DNA from: an uncultured Methanoregulaceae archaeon
GTDB lineage: Archaea; Halobacteriota; Methanomicrobia; Methanomicrobiales; Methanospirillaceae
Reading direction: 5' to 3'
Length of the DNA stretch: 64,000 bases
Assembly (NCBI GenBank): GCA_963705255.1
Contig: OY970061.1
Location: 1,632,001 to 1,696,000 of the forward strand
Shown: positions 62,468-64,000 of the stretch, in pieces
How positions within the stretch are numbered: the stretch's first letter is position 1
Layout of the letters: the number at the start of each line of letters is the position of its first letter
The notes under the pieces: generated by a model
Databases searched by the model: none
What the model was told of the DNA's origin: nothing
Seen by the model: the letters and a program-made list of their open reading frames with translations, nothing else
Translations under genes and position numbers: made by a program

Positions 62468-63304
62468 TTACTTCGCTCTTGAATGGCACACCCACAGATC
62501 GTAGATCGGGTCGGCCGGGTTCTCTTTCACTTCGACTTCCTGCCCGAGTTCCTCTCCCCAGTCGCGGATGAGCAGCGCCTCCTGCTCGGTCCCGACCGTG
62601 ATGAGGGTCTCCCGGGTCAGGAGGAAGAGCTCGCTGATGATCTGCCTCCACATCTCCTGGGTAAAGCTGTTGATCTCGCCCATCATGATCCCGATCCCCC
62701 TGGGGACCGGATCGAGGTACTGCGTGGCGATGGTCGCGTCCAGCCACATCGTCTCCCCGGGGAGGAGCCGCCCTTCTGCCAGTCCCCGGCTGAGGAGGGT
62801 CTCGTCATTGTCGTAGGACAACGGGGAGTAGCCGAGCTCGCGCAGGACAAGCGACCCGACGCCGGAGCCGCAGCAGCAGTCGATACAGGTCTCCCCCTTT
62901 GCGTCCCCCCAGTACCCGGAGATGAGGTTGTTCAGGATCCCCCGCCGGACCGGGTTGAGGTCTTCAACGGATGGGGGCACGGCGGCCCGCAGTGCCTCGC
63001 TGAAATACTCCCGCACCGCGGCTGCCCATACGGCACGGTCTTCCTGGAATATCTCCCCGTTCATATACTCGAACCGTTCGATCAGGGCAAGCGACGGGTT
63101 CCTGCAGAGAAACGAACCGGCAGTCCACCCGTCCGGCCCGCGGAATGCCAGCGCGAGCGGCTCTTCGTTCTCGTCCACGAGGAGTCGCCCCTCGTCACCC
63201 ACCACTTCCACGAGCACCATGTTGAAGGTGCAGTCAGTCAGCGCGGCAAACGCCGGCTCGACAAAACCGACCGTCTCCACCCCGAGAATTTCTGAGGCTT
63301 TCAT
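62468..63304 (-). CDS. Hypothetical protein with class I SAM-binding-like motif
   Basis: CIDCCCGSGVGS...SYD; 278 aa; ATGA overlap with upstream gene. Confidence 0.7.
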   Translation of the reverse strand: MKASEILGVETVGFVEPAFAALTDCTFNMVLVEVVGDEGRLLVDENEEPLALAFRGPDGWTAGSFLCRNPSLALIERFEYMNGEIFQEDRAVWAAAVREYFSEALRAAVPPSVEDLNPVRRGILNNLISGYWGDAKGETCIDCCCGSGVGSLVLRELGYSPLSYDNDETLLSRGLAEGRLLPGETMWLDATIATQYLDPVPRGIGIMMGEINSFTQEMWRQIISELFLLTRETLITVGTEQEALLIRDWGEELGQEVEVKENPADPIYDLWVCHSRAK

Positions 63305-64000
63305 ACCCCACGCTCAATCCGCAGCCCGTGCGGGGCTTCGATGGTCCCGTCCACCCGTGCGTCCTCGTGGAGCACGATGGACTTGGCTTTCACGTCGCCG
63401 AGGATGTGGGCGCCCTTCCGGACATAGACGGTACTCCCGCTCTCCACGTTCCCGTGGACGGTGACGCCGTCGACAACCGCGATCCGGTTCCTGGCCCGCA
63501 GGCTCCCGAAGATGACGGTGTTCTGCTGGACATCGATGGACCCGGCCCGGATGTTGCCGTGGAGCCGGCAGCCCTTCCCGATCTTCATGGTGGAGGGGAC
63601 GGAAAAGACCTTCAGGTCCAGCTTCGAGCGGGCGGGGATCATCAGCGGGACCTCCAGCTTCTCCTCCTCCTCCGAGAAGAGGTCGTCGAGGATCCGGTCG
63701 AGCTCCTTCTCGTTCTCGATCCTGAGGAGCGTCATTAAGTAGATGAGGATGAACATGAAGACCGGCATCGGGTTCCGGACCTCGATGTCTCCCCTTGCCT
63801 CGAACCCGTCCCGGATCGTTACCTTCTCGCCGATGTCGAGCGCACCCGAGACGGACAGCTTCCCGTTGATCGTCACGCCCTCGCCGATGTAGGCGTCCTG
63901 GTGGGCGACTACGTCCCCGCCGATCTCGCACCAGTTCCCGATCCGGGCGTCGCCGCCCGCCCAGACGTACTCGCGGATCTTTGAGGACTCGCCCACGAAG
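63301..64000 (-). CDS. Polymer-forming cytoskeletal (bactofilin-like) beta-helix protein, 5' end outside window
   Basis: Repeated I/V-x-G-x-V beta-helix motifs flanking RNPMPVFMFILIYL. Confidence 0.8.
   Translation of the reverse strand, partial: FVGESSKIREYVWAGGDARIGNWCEIGGDVVAHQDAYIGEGVTINGKLSVSGALDIGEKVTIRDGFEARGDIEVRNPMPVFMFILIYLMTLLRIENEKELDRILDDLFSEEEEKLEVPLMIPARSKLDLKVFSVPSTMKIGKGCRLHGNIRAGSIDVQQNTVIFGSLRARNRIAVVDGVTVHGNVESGSTVYVRKGAHILGDVKAKSIVLHEDARVDGTIEAPHGLRIERGV

Overview
GC-rich archaeal chromosome segment. Gene content (cofC/cofG/cofE, rps13-rps4-rps11-rpoD-rpl18e-rpl13-rps9-rpoN-tRNA-Pro-rpoK-eno-rps2-memo-mvk-ipk-fni-rnj-idsA-gltX superoperon, CBS cluster, smc-scpA) points to a Methanomicrobiales methanogen, probably Methanoregula-like (inference). 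Most of the window is housekeeping. It also holds a bacterial-type folate operon (glyA-folD-folP) ending in a CofE-family ligase, an RNase III-family gene, an orphan DNA methyltransferase, a secreted GH18 protein, an AbrB-VapC toxin-antitoxin pair and a transposase remnant. About 15 single-base frameshifts, including in core genes (smc, eno), suggest residual sequencing indels, so pseudogene calls are unreliable. The most unexpected signal is non-coding: five intergenic regions (about 9.9, 13.9, 30.3, 36.3-36.9 and 62.1-62.4 kb) are built from shared, shuffled hairpin modules, notably a GAAGAA...TTCTTCG hairpin with different but self-complementary inner stems and hairpins with ATCA/GTCA or GNA/GNRA loops. 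One module is amplified as a perfect 6 x 49-bp tandem array, and one hairpin block is nested inside another repeat with an AGG duplication. This looks like a REP/BIME-like mosaic palindromic element system in an archaeon. All calls are by eye; no database searches were run.
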